From: Octopus vulgaris
Lineage: Eukaryota
Assembly (NCBI GenBank): GCA_951406725.2
Contig: OX597817.1
Span: 85,498,001-85,562,000 of the forward strand
Reading direction: 5' to 3'
DNA length: 64,000 nt
Shown here: positions 37,902-51,645 of the stretch, piece after piece
How positions within the stretch are numbered: the first letter of the stretch is position 1
Layout: each line of letters opens with the position of its first letter
Notes under the pieces: generated by a model
The model's database searches: none
The model's input: the letters and a program-made list of their open reading frames with translations, nothing else
What the model was told of the DNA's origin: nothing
Translations under genes and position numbers: made by a program

Positions 37902-40582
37902 ATTAATCACTGTCTCCGCAAGTAAATTTTGATTTCAATGCTATTACATCCATGGCTCCTTTGAAACTAACAAATGCTGACGGTTTCAATCTGCTTGCTA
38001 TGAGTGTGTTGTTACATGTTTGACATGATCGGCAATGTGCACATTGTCTGTTTATTTAGTTTCACATGTTATTCTGCACATGCCAAATTGTATTATTACA
38101 CGAAATACACTCATCCATTAGCTCATACTTATACAATCACTTACACACCGATATAACATACATCTCTATTTGTACTCTAATACGTTCTTAATGGAACACA
38201 CCTCAACCATATATATATATGTATATATATACATACATACACATTGCTTCCCAACATTATCAGTATCATAGTTTAATGGCCACTAAATGCTGATGACATG
38301 CAATAATATTTATGTGGGGAACTTCTGGTGACATGGAGTGTATTTCAAAGGTTCTTCATTAATAAAAAGATTATGAAATATTGTGATAGACTATTGTCTG
38401 AAAATCATGATTTTAAACTTTATCAGACATTCCCTCATGCTTTGGTAAGGGAAGTATTTTTCTCAGTTTGTCTCACAAGTTTTACTCGTTATTTATGAAT
38501 GATTAAAAATAAAAAGGGCTCGTAGCTATCAAAAACAATTGGTCTGACAACCTATTTTCATTATTTAACATATATGTCCCACACTAGCATGGGTTGGATG
38601 GTTTAATAGGATCCAACAAGCCAGAGGCCTGCATTGAGCTCCAGTGTCTGCTTTGGCAGTTTCTACAGCTGGGTACCGTTCCTAACACTATCCACATTAC
38701 TGAATAGATTGGGTACATTTTTGTGGCATTGGCACTAGTGTGGTTATGAAGTAACTAACAATACAAGGCTCTTCAACTGAGTAGGGGTGTAATAGAGAGA
38801 GGTGGCTTTATGGAAGGTCTTGAGAGGTTAAAATACGATAGCTGAAGAAGCACAGGTGTCTTGCTGTAGAGGGGATATGTGGCTATCCCACTTTGAAAGA
38901 AAGAAAAGATTGTGGTCATGAGGTGTCAGGGAATACCTTCAAAGTACAAGAAGATGAATATAAGAGAGAATAGATAGTGTATTGGAAAGGGAGTGTGGTT
39001 AAGTTGATGAAAGAGTAAAAAGAATTACAGATGGTTAGAGATGGGGATAGAGGTGAATGCAAGTGGAGATATGGTCAATGATGAAAAACAGTTTGGAAGA
39101 GGAGAGGAGGGGGAAGTTGTAGGAAATATAAGTAGATCTGGAAGTACAAGGAGATAAGTGCAGTAATGCAAGTGTTCAAAATATCCACTCACAAACTTAA
39201 GAATAAATGAGAAGCAATAGAGAAGAAGCTTTTGTGTATTCTTCATTCCATTTTTCTTTGGTAAATATCTCTTTACTCTCTTTTTACTCTTTTACTTGTT
39301 TCAGTCATTTGACTGCATTTCCTATGAAATTCTTCCTAATATTTTTAACTTGCTAAAATTTTGAATTGAAATGATATCTGATGAGGTAAAAAAGAAAATG
39401 TTGCAAGTTAGTTAAATTCTATAAGAAACAATATTAGCATCTCATGTTGGAAGCCTTGAAGCATTATATGCAAACTGGATTGTTAATTTTTCTTATTAAG
39501 TGCAGCAACAGTAAAATTTGTGTGTTGTTCGTTAGAGAGAAGATTTCTCAACTTTAAGGATATAAACTGAATTGAAAGCTCATTTCTCCTGAAGCAGTTT
39601 GTTTTGGCGCCATCAGAAACAGGCAGACAGAAGCATTTAATGACAGAATCAAGTGATTAAATTCTTTGAACAATAACAAAAAAATAATCCTTTTCTCTCA
39701 CATTTCCTTTTCCCTCCCAATTCCTCTCGCCTTTCTCTCCTTTCATCACCACATCCTGCTTTTTCTCTCCTCTTTCTCTCTTGTATCTCCCTTCCTTCCC
39801 TCTCTTTGAATTTGCTTCCTTTGCAATTAGAAAATCTGAAGTGATAGATCTATAGAGAAACAAACAACATAAAATGTATTTGTGAAGGAATATACATAAA
39901 GAAAAAAATTAGAGAATCATAAAACAAATGAAAAAGAAAACCACTGTAAATGGTAGTTTTATCATTGTTGGAATCCATTATTTAAGAGATGACACAGAAA
40001 TAATGTCCTTTAATTGCCAAGTGCTCACTGTCTTGTGACAATGAACATGTAGAGAATTAATGAGAAAGATGGTTAGAAAAGTTGGCATTCAAGATAAACA
40101 TTAGATTTAACATTGCTATTAACAATAAAAGAATATTAATCATGATTTTAAGGTATGTATTAAGTTAATATATATATATAGTAGAGGACATGAGGAGTTC
40201 TCGAGATGTGGTATGTGGTGAATTTACTGAGAGATGGAGTACTTGAGATGCTTTGTTTACCCATAAATAGCTTAAAAATGCAGAAAAGCAATCTTTTTTA
40301 TGCCTAACTTGCATAAGGTTTCATAGTCACTCTTGTTTTTCTATATCTTCTTTTTCTAGTCTCCCTTTCACTCCTCCTCTTCACAGTTAAACTTTGAAGC
40401 AAATGATTTTATCATAATTAGTGGCTTTTGTATCAACATTTATGACTGAAATCTTAAAGAATGGATTATATGATTATTTCATTTAATAGAATTGAATTAT
40501 CATTAAATTTAGGTAAGCCTGTCAAGTCCTAGAAATCATAATGTATGCCTGTGAGTGTGTAAAACATACACAAATTCACTAT

Positions 40583-40816
40583 CTTATTTCTTTATTGCTC
40601 ACAGAGGGCTAAACATAGAGGGGACAAACAAGGACAGACAAAGTAATTAAGTCGATTACATCGACCCCAGTATGTAACTGGTACTTAATTTATTGACCCC
40701 AAAAGAATGAAAGGCAAAGTCGACATTGGAGGAATTTGAACTCAGAACGTAGCGGCAGACGAAATACTGCTAAGCATTTCACCCAGCATGCTAACGTTTC
40801 TGCCAACTCACCGCCT
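40583..40816 (-). mobile_element. SINE family B (ggcggtgagttggcagaa head, Nin-like domain tcgactttgcctttcatcc); best copy
   Basis: Other copies: 2245-2460(+), 17645-17812(-), 23302-23533(-), 40965-41180(-), 53615-53830(-), 51730-51828(-, fragment). Confidence 0.8.
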
Positions 40817-43369
40817 TTTTTTCACAAATTCACTATCTTAGTTAAATGGAAAAACAATATTTTATAGGTTATGTTCCTTTGTACTTTATCCAAATTATAT
40901 TTACTTATTGCATTTGTATCCATATCATGCAAATAACAAGAGCACATTCATTTGTTGACATAATCATTTCTACTATAGGCACAAGGCCTGAAATTTTGGG
41001 GGAAGGGATAAGTCGATTGCATCGATCCCAAGTGTATAACTGGTACTTATTTCATTGACCCCCAAAAGGATGAAAGACAAAGTCAACCTTGGTGGAATTT
41101 GAACTCAGAACATAGCAACAAGCGAAATACTGTTAAGCATTTTATCTAGCATGTTAACAGTTCTGCCAGCTTGCTGCCTTATTCATTTGATAACATAGCA
41201 ACCATATTTGTATGTTCTGGTACTTGTCCTAATGCCAAGCACATCCTTGCTGATCTAAAAAGAAAGCAGAATTGGTCATCAACTACATTTACTTACCTAT
41301 CCTTAGTTATTATCTACTTGTTTTATAGTTGCTCTACTAACCACCTTCTTGTCATATCTGCATTACAGTTTTCATTTTATCTCCATTTTTCTTTTCTTTT
41401 TTCTGAATGCATATCACTTCAGTGAGGTTTGTGTAGAGAATAGAGATTTCTATATTGGTAGTTGTCTTTAAAATAAAACTGTTAAGTTTCAGTATAAATC
41501 AGTAATGAATTCAAACTACAGAATTACCAAGATTCAAACAAAATTGAATCTATAAATAAACTCTTATTAATAAGAATATAATTGTGAGACTATCAACAAA
41601 TAGAGACTGCTTATGGAAATTGAAAACAATAGTAAAGGTATGGAAAATAAGAAATTTCAATTTTGAATTGTTTCTCAATATCATACTTCAGTACAAAGTG
41701 AACAGTAACAAATTTAAAAGAAGAAAATAATCAGTCTATCAAGTGTTTCAAGTATTGATTGCAAAATCAATAAAACACTGAATAAATTTTTCAAAGATTG
41801 AGAAGTGACCTTAATCAGTAAATGGAAGGATCAGAAACTGGCAAGACATGCCAAACAATCTAATAAGAACCAATTCCTATCTCTAACAGTTTTCAGTAAA
41901 TATAATTTCATTCTTCTATAAAGGGGTATTTTACTGACAGGCAATAGATTGTAATTCAGTTAGCAATAATGCAATATCGAGTGAGCTTTAGGTGTAAAAG
42001 AAAACAGGCAACATAAAGAAGACATCAACAGCATAATTAAATAGTGCAAGCTAATATCAAATGCATGGTAAGAATATAAAGAGTTTCTAAACCATGTTTA
42101 CTTTGATAGCTTTAGACTATTAATTGACAGTGTTATGTAGTAAATAATGTTTGACTTTAAAATAGGGTAAAAAGGGTTCAATTGCAGACTATTCAAAAAG
42201 TTTTGTTATTTTAACTTCAACTATACCAATGATTTCATCATTAACTCTAACCTGAAGGTAATATTTACAATAAAACTAATAGTTTTCATCTTTCACAGAC
42301 GTAATGTATGTAAAGGGTTCAATTTAGTAGGGGTATTTATGTAATACTGAATTCATTTCACTTCCAATTAAACCTTAGTAGCATGGAAAATAGATGTAAA
42401 GCCAGAGATAATGGTGATTAACAGTGTTCTTTTGTGGAGAGAATGGAGAGAAATCAATGTCACAAGAGTTTCTTCTAAACTAATTGTTTAAGCATAATGG
42501 TCAACTCAAAGCTAATCTTAGACTTTATAGATTTGTTCTAATTTATTATCATTATGAACAGATTGTGTACTTGCTTTGGTTTGGTCTGACATTGTTTAGA
42601 TGTATTTACCGTAAAGTATTTTTCTCTAACTTTCATAAGTATCTATCTGAATGGCTAATTCTCTTAGGTCAAATTTAATTACCTCACTCTTTGCTCTCCA
42701 TCTATTTCTGCCATAATACCACACTGCTAGTTTATCTTCTACTATGTTATTGCTGCCTCAATAATAGAATGTGTATACTACTTATTGCGCACATCTGTTC
42801 CAAACTTATGAATAAAAATAATCTCCAGAACAGTAATCTTTTATATTTTCAAGGAATTCAGTTTAGAACTCTGCTATTTTCCATATGGAATCTGTTAATT
42901 TCAAACTTGATTTTTTCTCTTTCTTCAATGCACTGATTTTTCTTCTGTTGCCATTTCTTTATACCATTATAAGAGTTATTTAGAATATTTTTCTTTTTAT
43001 AGATAAATTAATACCTTAGTTCTTTTAATGTGTTGTTACATCACTGTTTACAATAGACTTCTGGGCAGAAAATAGCAGAAATCATTAAGATAAATGCAAC
43101 TCATTGAGTACAACTTCAAATATATATATTCCTAGAATGCAAAAATAAAAATCATTTTGACCATTCTTTGTAAGGATGAAGAATAATTAAATTCCAACTG
43201 AAGAAAGAACTGTTATGAATTTTTCTGGTTAACTACTTAGAAGTATTCCTACATGGAAAAGCTCTCTTTTTATAAATGATATTCAAATTTACTAATGATT
43301 TAATAGTGGTTATTGTGTCATTGGAAAATATTTGCAAATAAAAGTCTTCTTTTTTTTTCATTTCTACAG

Positions 43370-43464
43370 AACTCCTTTGTTTTTAGCAACACTGCAGAAA
43401 CATGCAGATGTCTGTGAATACTTAATGCAACAAGGCGCTGATCCTCATTCTATGACTGAATCTG
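43370..43464 (+). CDS. Internal exon of a host ankyrin-repeat protein gene (95 nt, phase 2 in / phase 1 out)
   Basis: Polypyrimidine tract plus acceptor (cttcttttttttttcatttctacag|) and canonical donor (TCTG|gtgagt). It translates without stops to TPLFLATLQKHADVCEYLMQQGADPHSMTES(G), matching the ankyrin consensus TPLH.A...G...VV..LL..GAD. It lies in non-repetitive sequence. Confidence 0.88.
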
Positions 43465-44977
43465 GTGAGTACCTTCTATTTTAGTTATTGAATAAACTAA
43501 ATTTTTGTATTAAATGTTTAAGAATTGATTACTTCACCAAAAAAGAATTTTAACATATTGGTACATAAAACCAAAGATTAAGTCATTGTCGTTGTCATCA
43601 TTTGTATTGGCATCAGTGGTGTCTGCAAATGAAACAAAATTAGATAAAAGTACAGTTAAAAAAGATATGTAATATGTTGGACACTTTGGAATGAGTATTC
43701 AAAGATAAATGTAAGAAGTATACAAATAAGTATAAAAGAGTATACATATAAGATGTCTACAAGAATATATATATATATGTGTGTACATACACATAAAAAC
43801 ACAAACAGAGTTGTAAATGAGTGTTGCTGTCATACAAGCAGTGTCATTTATTTCCAATATTCTGTTCAAATATATCTGACCACTGGGAAATATTACATTG
43901 CTAAGAAAACAAGTGAAGGTTACTGACAGAAAGGGCATCCAACCATAGATAATCTGTCTGAATAAACTCTTGCTTAACCAACACAAGCATGGAAAAATAG
44001 ATGTTTAAGCGATGATAATGATGATGATTGATTTGTAGGTACATTCATACATATGTACATACGTACGTACGTATGTACGTACGTACGTATGTACGTACAT
44101 ACATACATACATACATACATACATACATACATACATACATACATACATACATACATACATAGAACAATTCTAAAAAGCGATAATGTCAATCTTATAAGAA
44201 ACATCTAATAGTTGTAAAGAAAACATATATGAGCCAATAGGGCTATTAATTTGGATCTTATCTCAGTTTCCACTAGAGTGCCACTAAAAGTACAAGACTT
44301 CCTCCTAAACAAGATGCCAGTCTATCACAGGGTTAAACTGGCCTTCTCCCCAGTTATTAATAGTAGTTGTTTTCAGCGGAGTTGACTGACGTAATGTGAA
44401 GTGAAGTACCCTGCTCAACACTTTGACTAGTTCGGGAATGAAACTCGGACCTAACTTGCAATTATATAGTTCCTTCTTAACAGTTATTTAGTAATCAGAA
44501 TTTTCAGCAGTTCTAATTTGCTATAATGATTTGGATTGTAAATATCATTAGAAATAGCATTCTTTAATTAAATTATTGGTACTGGATGGTTAAAAAATGT
44601 AGTCCAATCTTTAATGTCATTGAAGAATAAGTTTTTAAACTGCTCCATCTACTGCTGGCCAAGAAAATTATTTCGAGATTCTAGTCTCTCAAGAGTTACA
44701 AAATTAATAGAAAAAAAACTCTTTTACTACTAGGTTTAGCATGACTAACATATCTCTTCTGTCGACGCCATCCATTTTTCAATGCAGAAATAAGATAAAT
44801 GTATTCAGGTTAACAGTCACTCTTAATATATGCCCATACTCTTTCAATTCTTTCAGATTAAATATAACAACTTTAATCCATTCTTGTATTAATTCTACCT
44901 TGACTGCCATTGAAAACACTTTTCCACTCAATTCATATCATTTATCATCTTCACATATCCTGATCATTTGTGTGACC

Positions 44978-45057
<80 letters not shown>

Positions 45058-46068
45058 TTCTCTTTTTGTCTCTCCCTTTTCTCACTCTCTTTCTATCTCT
45101 TTCTCTCCCTCCTTTCTATTTCTTCCCTTTTATCTATTTATCTACCTATCTAAACAAGTTATCTACCTATTTCTGTCTCTCTTTACTCCCTCCCCCTTTC
45201 TTTCATTCTCTCCCACTCTTTCTTTCTCTTTCTCTCCTTCTCTCTCTCTCTCATACACACATGCGCATATGCTACATGCATATTCCCACTCAGTCATACC
45301 TCACCAGCACCTTAGCCTACATACTTTGACTTTCAGTGATATATTTCTTATCTCTCGAAAAATATACCCCTAATCTCTTTTCAGTTTCTGTAAGTTTTTG
45401 TTTTTGCTCTTATCTCAAAGTTTCCATACATCATTACACCTTTAATACATATATGAAAAATTATTTTTTACACAACAAAGAAGTTTTTTTTGATAATTTT
45501 CCTTAAACATTTTCAAGGCATTATAAAATTCTACTACCAAAGGCACTGATTAGCTTTCTGATATGACCTGAATAGTCTATTTCATATGGAACATCCTTAT
45601 TGTTTACAGTTGTTGCAAGTGTACAACTACATATAGAAATGACTGCACTTAACTTTTAACATCCTGTTGAAAATTTTCCAAATTAAAACCCCAGTACTAA
45701 ATGATTCCATTACAGAAGAGAAATGAATGTTACAGAAAGAAATTAGAGTTTTCTCCTTTACATTGAAAACTTTCTCTCTGTTTTCAAAATTAATATAAAT
45801 AATGTTAGTATCATTTTTGTGTTATGTGTTTCGGAACTGGCTGACCAATATATCCCATGTGATACTGTGTCATATAGAAAACTATGAATTGTACTGATTC
45901 ATATACATGTGTGTGTGATTTCTATATGTATGTTTGTGTGCATGCGTGTGCACATGTGTGTGAGGTTACAAACATAGCCAAGCAGTTAAATTTACCTTGC
46001 GATGAAAATACTATATTTTAAACTTATCTTGAAAGAGATCTCACGGTATCTATCACAATGATGAACTA

Positions 46069-46595
46069 CAGTCATCCCTCGCTACTTCATGGTTCAACTA
46101 CCGCGGATTCACAACTTCACGGATTTTAAAAATATATATATATGAATGAATGCCTAAAATTTTTCATTAACTCCATTAAAATCATCATCATCGTTTAACG
46201 TCCGCTTTCCATGCTAGCATAAATATTATTTCCTAGTCTGGGAACAACAAAACAAGCGTAAAATAGCAAAAAAGTATATACAGGGGTATTTGAACTTAAG
46301 ATGGGCTGTGATTGGTGCAATGGAGAGAGACGATGAATCACAGCTTTCTATTTTGTAATCTGGCCTGTGTAACAGTAACAATCTTTATTTTTTAAAATCT
46401 AAAGTGTTATTGCTTAACAGTTGTCCTTGTTATTAATAGACTGTAATGGGTGGGTTGTTAACAGTACAGGGAGGGTTTTAAAAGTCCAAATACATGTTAA
46501 ATAAATACTGTAAATATGGTGTCCCTACTTCACGGAAATTCAGTTATCGCAGTTGATCTCGGAACCAATCTACTGCGATAAACGAGGGATCACTG
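46069..46595. mobile_element. Tigger/pogo-like non-autonomous element (MITE)
   Basis: TA|CAGTCATCCCTCG...CGAGGGATCACTG|TA, with subterminal cttcacgga repeats. It contains a ~40-bp minus-strand RTE tail at ~46181-46220. Confidence 0.8.
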
Positions 46596-46624
46596 TAGTC
46601 AGTTTGAAAAGCATTCATAATGAT

Positions 46625-47093
46625 TTTAAAGTGGTATGAACATGAACCAGAAGCTGTGATATGAAATGAGAATTACTAGATCTTGTGGGACTTCACCATA
46701 AAGACTGATCATACTATTGAGGCAAGAAAACCAGACATGATTATAGAAGACAAAATAAACAGAGCAAGATCATAAATTTTGCAATTCTCTATGATAGTAG
46801 AGTCAGTACCAAAGAAATAGAAAAAAAACTGAGATATACCAGGATCTAGCCAGAGGACTAAGGAGACTGTGGAAGACCAAGACAACAATAATTCTTATAG
46901 ACATGGTGCACTTGACAAAATGCAACCTAAAAGACTGAAAGAGATTTGAATTGAACTTTGCATTGTCGATCTGCAGAAAAGCACCATCCTATATTCTGCA
47001 AGAACCCTAAGAAAAATTCTTGAGATTGGAGGAGACCTGTTGTCACCAAACATCAAGATAAAATACCTGCTAACTAAATTATCATGTGCTAGC

Positions 47094-47131
<38 letters not shown>
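46625..47131 (+). mobile_element. R4/Dong-like non-LTR 3' fragment (restriction-like endonuclease) ending in (AAT)n
   Basis: ILWDFTIKTDHTIEARKPDMII...YQDLARGLRRLW...LQKSTILYSARTLRKILE, followed by an (AAT)n tract. Confidence 0.8.
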
Positions 47132-47134
<3 letters not shown>

Positions 47135-48471
47135 GGAGACCAAGAAGAAGGAGAAGAACAAGAAGAAAATCATTTTGTGTTGAACAATTATAACTCATGC
47201 ATTCTCATCACAACTACTAAATAACTAATTGCCATTTTATACAAGAAAACAGTAAAATGAAGACAGACTTGAGTTACATTTTAAATTCCTTTCATAAGAA
47301 ATAAACTCAATAGTTTTTATCCCTTGATTCTATATTCCATTCAGCTTTTATCCCTTGATTCTATATTCCACATAAAAGCATCCATAACACTCTGTGAAGT
47401 GGTTGGCATCAGGAAGGGCATCAGGTTGTAGAACCATACCAAAGTAGACATTAGAACTTGGTGCAGTCCTCTAGCTCATCTGTTTATGTTGAACTGTCCA
47501 ACCCATTCCAGTATGGTAAAAAGGACGTTACATGATGATGACGATGATGACGACGATGAACACGGCAATGACGACGACGATGATATGCAACAAAATGCAA
47601 AATACTATTTCATACAATACAAGTCATATAAAAGGCAAAGGTTGATCTTCATGTGACATGACCCAAATTTAATTTTTAAAAATCTGTATCAACAAAAAAT
47701 ATCTTTTAAAAATATCTATCAACCAAAACAAAAGTTAATTTAAGATATACATTATCATTGCCAACACACAAATAACTTCTTTATCATGAATTCCATTCCC
47801 AGATTCTCTCCTTGAAATACAACTCTCCAAGCCCAAATCTTTGTTCAGAAGTTCAGCATAAGTTCAAACCAAGATATCTTCAAATTACCTTTCCCTAGAA
47901 ATGTAATTTTATATAAATCTGTAGAAATTCTTAGAGAATTCAAAAATCGTTTTTTTTTTGTTTTCCTTTTTTGCAAAATCTCTACACATGTAACAAGTAA
48001 TACCATCATCATCATCATCATCATCATTATTTTAACTTCCATTTTTCCATGCTTGCATAGGTTAAATAAAATAAGTAGAGGCAGATTTTCTATGATCAGA
48101 TGGTCTTCGTGTTGCTGATTCTTACCTGTTTCCAAGCAAGATAATATTTCCATATGACTCAACATGTCTTCAAAGATTAGAAATGAAGAACATTGCCTGT
48201 ATGATGGTAGTGCTCATTTACAATTATCATGTGATGTCAAACAAGGAGAAACAAACAATCCCCACCATATATGTATGTATGGTATGTATGCATGCATGCA
48301 CACACACACACACACACACACTGGACTTCTTTCAGTTTCTATATAACAAATCTAGTCACAATGCTTTAGACATTGTCAAAAGCGCTCCTGCTTAAGGTAC
48401 CATACAGTGGGAATGAAGCTGAAGCCACACGGTTGGGAGAAAGCTTCTTAACGACATAACTATGTATGCAA

Positions 48472-48513
<42 letters not shown>

Positions 48514-48517
48514 TATA

Positions 48518-49452
48518 TAGGGTTGGCCAAAAAGTCCATTCAATTTTTGTCAACACTAAACTTGCGTCACTCTATTAAGTAGCTAACTTCAGTCTGTCTG
48601 TTATAGTTTAGCAACACAGGTTGTATTTTATGTGCTTGGGATCACTCTGAAAATAGAGAATCAAAATGAACATTATCAACACCTCATAGTTTTTTTACTT
48701 AAAAAAAGGCAAGAAAACAGCAGAAACCTGCAGGAAGATATGTTTTGTGTATGGAGAAGATGCTATTACAGAATGTATGAGCCAGAAGAAGTTTTCAAGA
48801 TTTCAATCAGAAACATGAGGAAAACCATACTTTTGTGAAGAGAATAGTGACAGGGTACAAAAATGGACTATGTGTAACAATGTGAAGTGCAAATGGTCAT
48901 GGGAGTAGAGTGGTAAATGACCAAAAACCACCTCCAAACAGGACTTCACCTAAAGAAGGTTACACTTTCAATTTGGTGGAAATGGAAGTGTTGTCTTTCA
49001 CAAGCTTCATCCCATGGACAATTCAGATGTGTACTGTAACCAGCTGGACAAATTAAATGCAGTGATTCACCAGAAGTACTTAGCACTTGCTAATCATAAG
49101 GGCATTGTCTTTCATTATGACAATGTCAGACCACACACTTGTTTGCAGACACAACAGAAGTTACTGGGGCTTGGCTGGGAGGTTTTGCCACACACTCCAT
49201 ATTCATCTGACCTTGCACCTTCAGATCTTCACTTGTTTCTCTCAAATCCATTGCCTGGCCACACCTTCAATACTGAAGAGGATGTAAAACTTCACCTAGA
49301 AAACCTTTTTGCCAGTAAAGACAGGAAATTCTTTGAGCTAGGAATAATGGATCTGCTCGCAAAATTGCAGAAGATACTAGAACAAAACAGTAATTATATT
49401 ATTGGTTGAATAAATCAGTTTGTGTTTAAAACTTGTGTTTTATTTTCAATTA
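48518..49452 (+). mobile_element. Partial, internally deleted mariner
   Basis: Left end tagggttggccaaaaagtcc next to (TA)n. ORF 49014-49409 has VFHYDNVRPH and PYSSDLAPSDLHLF. No right TIR was recognised. Confidence 0.85.
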
Positions 49453-49899
49453 AAGAATTAAACATATAAATACAATGTGTGTGTGTGTGTGTGTGTGTTC
49501 ATATCTACATACACACAACATATAGACACATACATATTTGTTGTTTTTTTTCATTTTACATCGTTTTTTCCATACTCTGCTAGCATGAGTTGAATAAATA
49601 TATTAGTGAGGCCTTGTTTTACAGCTGTACGCCCTTCCTGTCATTAATCCTTAACATTTCCTCAAGTAAGGAATCTCTTATTTCACATATCTACAAAGGC
49701 ACAAAGGGAGTAGACAAGTTGTTGACAGAATCAGTGACGGAAATAATACCAATGGTAGCAACTGCCATAGAGCACAAATGTAAACGAACATAGATACACA
49801 TATATACATACGTACATATGTATGTATGTCTGTATACACAATGGACTTCTTTTAGTTTCTCCCTACCATATTTGTTCTCAATGCTTTTGTTGATGCTGG

Positions 49900-50235
49900 G
49901 CTATATTCATCATAGTTCTCCAGGCCAAAACAGAGGAGTTTAAGACCAAGTGCTTGTGGGAAGTCTTCTATGATGATGACCTTCTTATAGCAGAATCTGT
50001 AGGAAAATTAGAAAAGAAATTTCTGGTGTGAACAGGCATGGCTGTGCGGTAGGAAGCTATAGGCACAGGTGTGGCTCTGAGGTAAGAAGTTTGCTTCTCA
50101 ACCACATGGTTCTGGGTTCAGTCCCATTGCATGGCACCTCAGGCAAGTGTCTTCTGCTATATCCTCGGGCTGACAAAAGTGGAGTGGATTTGGTAGACAG
50201 AAACTGAAAGAAGCTCGTCATATATATATACAAAC

Positions 50236-50286
<51 letters not shown>

Positions 50287-51050
50287 TGTGTTTGGCTCCC
50301 CACCGCCACCACCATCACTTGACAAGCAATGTTCATGTGTTTACGTCCCCATAACTTAGCAGTTCGGCAAAAGAGACCATTAGAATAAGTGCTAGGCTTA
50401 CAAAGAATAAGTCCTGGGGTTGATTCATTCAACTAAAGGCAGTACTCCAGCATGACTGCAGTCAAATGACTGAAACAAATAAAAGAATAAGGTGTCTTAA
50501 ATTTAGCAAAGACCAGAGTTTTAGTTAGCAGAAAGGCAGGCAGAATACAACATCTATTGAAATGCTCAATATATAGCAAACATGTAGATAGAAATTCATA
50601 CAGTGTGCCCAGTGCAAAATATAGACACAGAGGTGCAATAGAATCACAGAAAAGTTAATGGAGAGACTGGACTTTGTCTATGGCTGATGCACAAGAACAA
50701 TAAACACTGAGAACACACAGGAAACAAATTTTCTCAAATGCCCTAGATACTTTCTGGAGGTAGCAGATAGCTTCTTTATCCAGGTGGTCTAATTAGTAGT
50801 GGTGGACGATGTTCTGAAAGCATAGTTGCTAGAATAACAGGATGGAGAAAGTTCAGGGAGCTGTTAACTCTGTTGGCACCAAAAGGTCTCTCAGAGTGAA
50901 AGACAGAATGTATGATGTTTGTGTACGAACAGTGATACTATATGGTAGTAAAATGTGGACCATGAATGCAGAGTATATATATATAAAGACTAGAAAGGAA
51001 TGAAGCAAGCATGTTCTGCTGGATGTGCAATGTCAGTGAACAAACAACAA
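49900..51050 (+). mobile_element. Old RTE RT fragment interrupted by a SINE (50032-50490)
   Basis: LLYDDDL-like motif left of the SINE; LNLAKTRVLVSRK, Cys-rich insert remnants and KFRELL right of it. Confidence 0.7.
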
Positions 51051-51498
51051 AGTGCAAGCATAAGTAGTGAAGACATATTTCAGGATGTTGAACCTCCTGG
51101 AAAAGATAACAAATGTTGAGGATGACTAATAGTTCATTATGTTCAAAAAGACCTATCCACCCTAGTAAAAATAAGGTCCTAAAAGCATAGAGTTTTGGCT
51201 ATTCCCCCTGCATTCAAGTCATCCCTACAACCCATTTCACAATACCCATCTCACCATCACTCTTTTAAACACAGTACTACCTTAGCTGCTGTAATTATAA
51301 TAATTCTATAAGAGCAGAGATGCATATATTCCATCTCCCAATACTTTTGAACAACCATTTTCCTGTACCCTGAAGCCACCTCCCCATATCACCTACCTAA
51401 CACTCTCAATATCATCCTGTTGCTACTATTGAACACCATGTCATATTGGTTATAAGCTCCTCCCCTACTTCCTACCCTTCTCTCTCTCTCTCTCTCTC

Positions 51499-51537
<39 letters not shown>

Positions 51538-51645
51538 ATATATATATATATATATATTCACCCATACATACCTTTGGTCTCCACCTTTGTCCCTGATCAC
51601 CCCTCCCTTTCATCCCACTCTTCACATTGCTCTCCACTCCCAATA

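Noticed and set aside
39430-39500. ILASHVGSLEAL peptide vaguely resembling an ankyrin repeat (likewise RGHEE at ~40183)
   Set aside because: No usable acceptor/donor pair or polypyrimidine tract; chance similarity.
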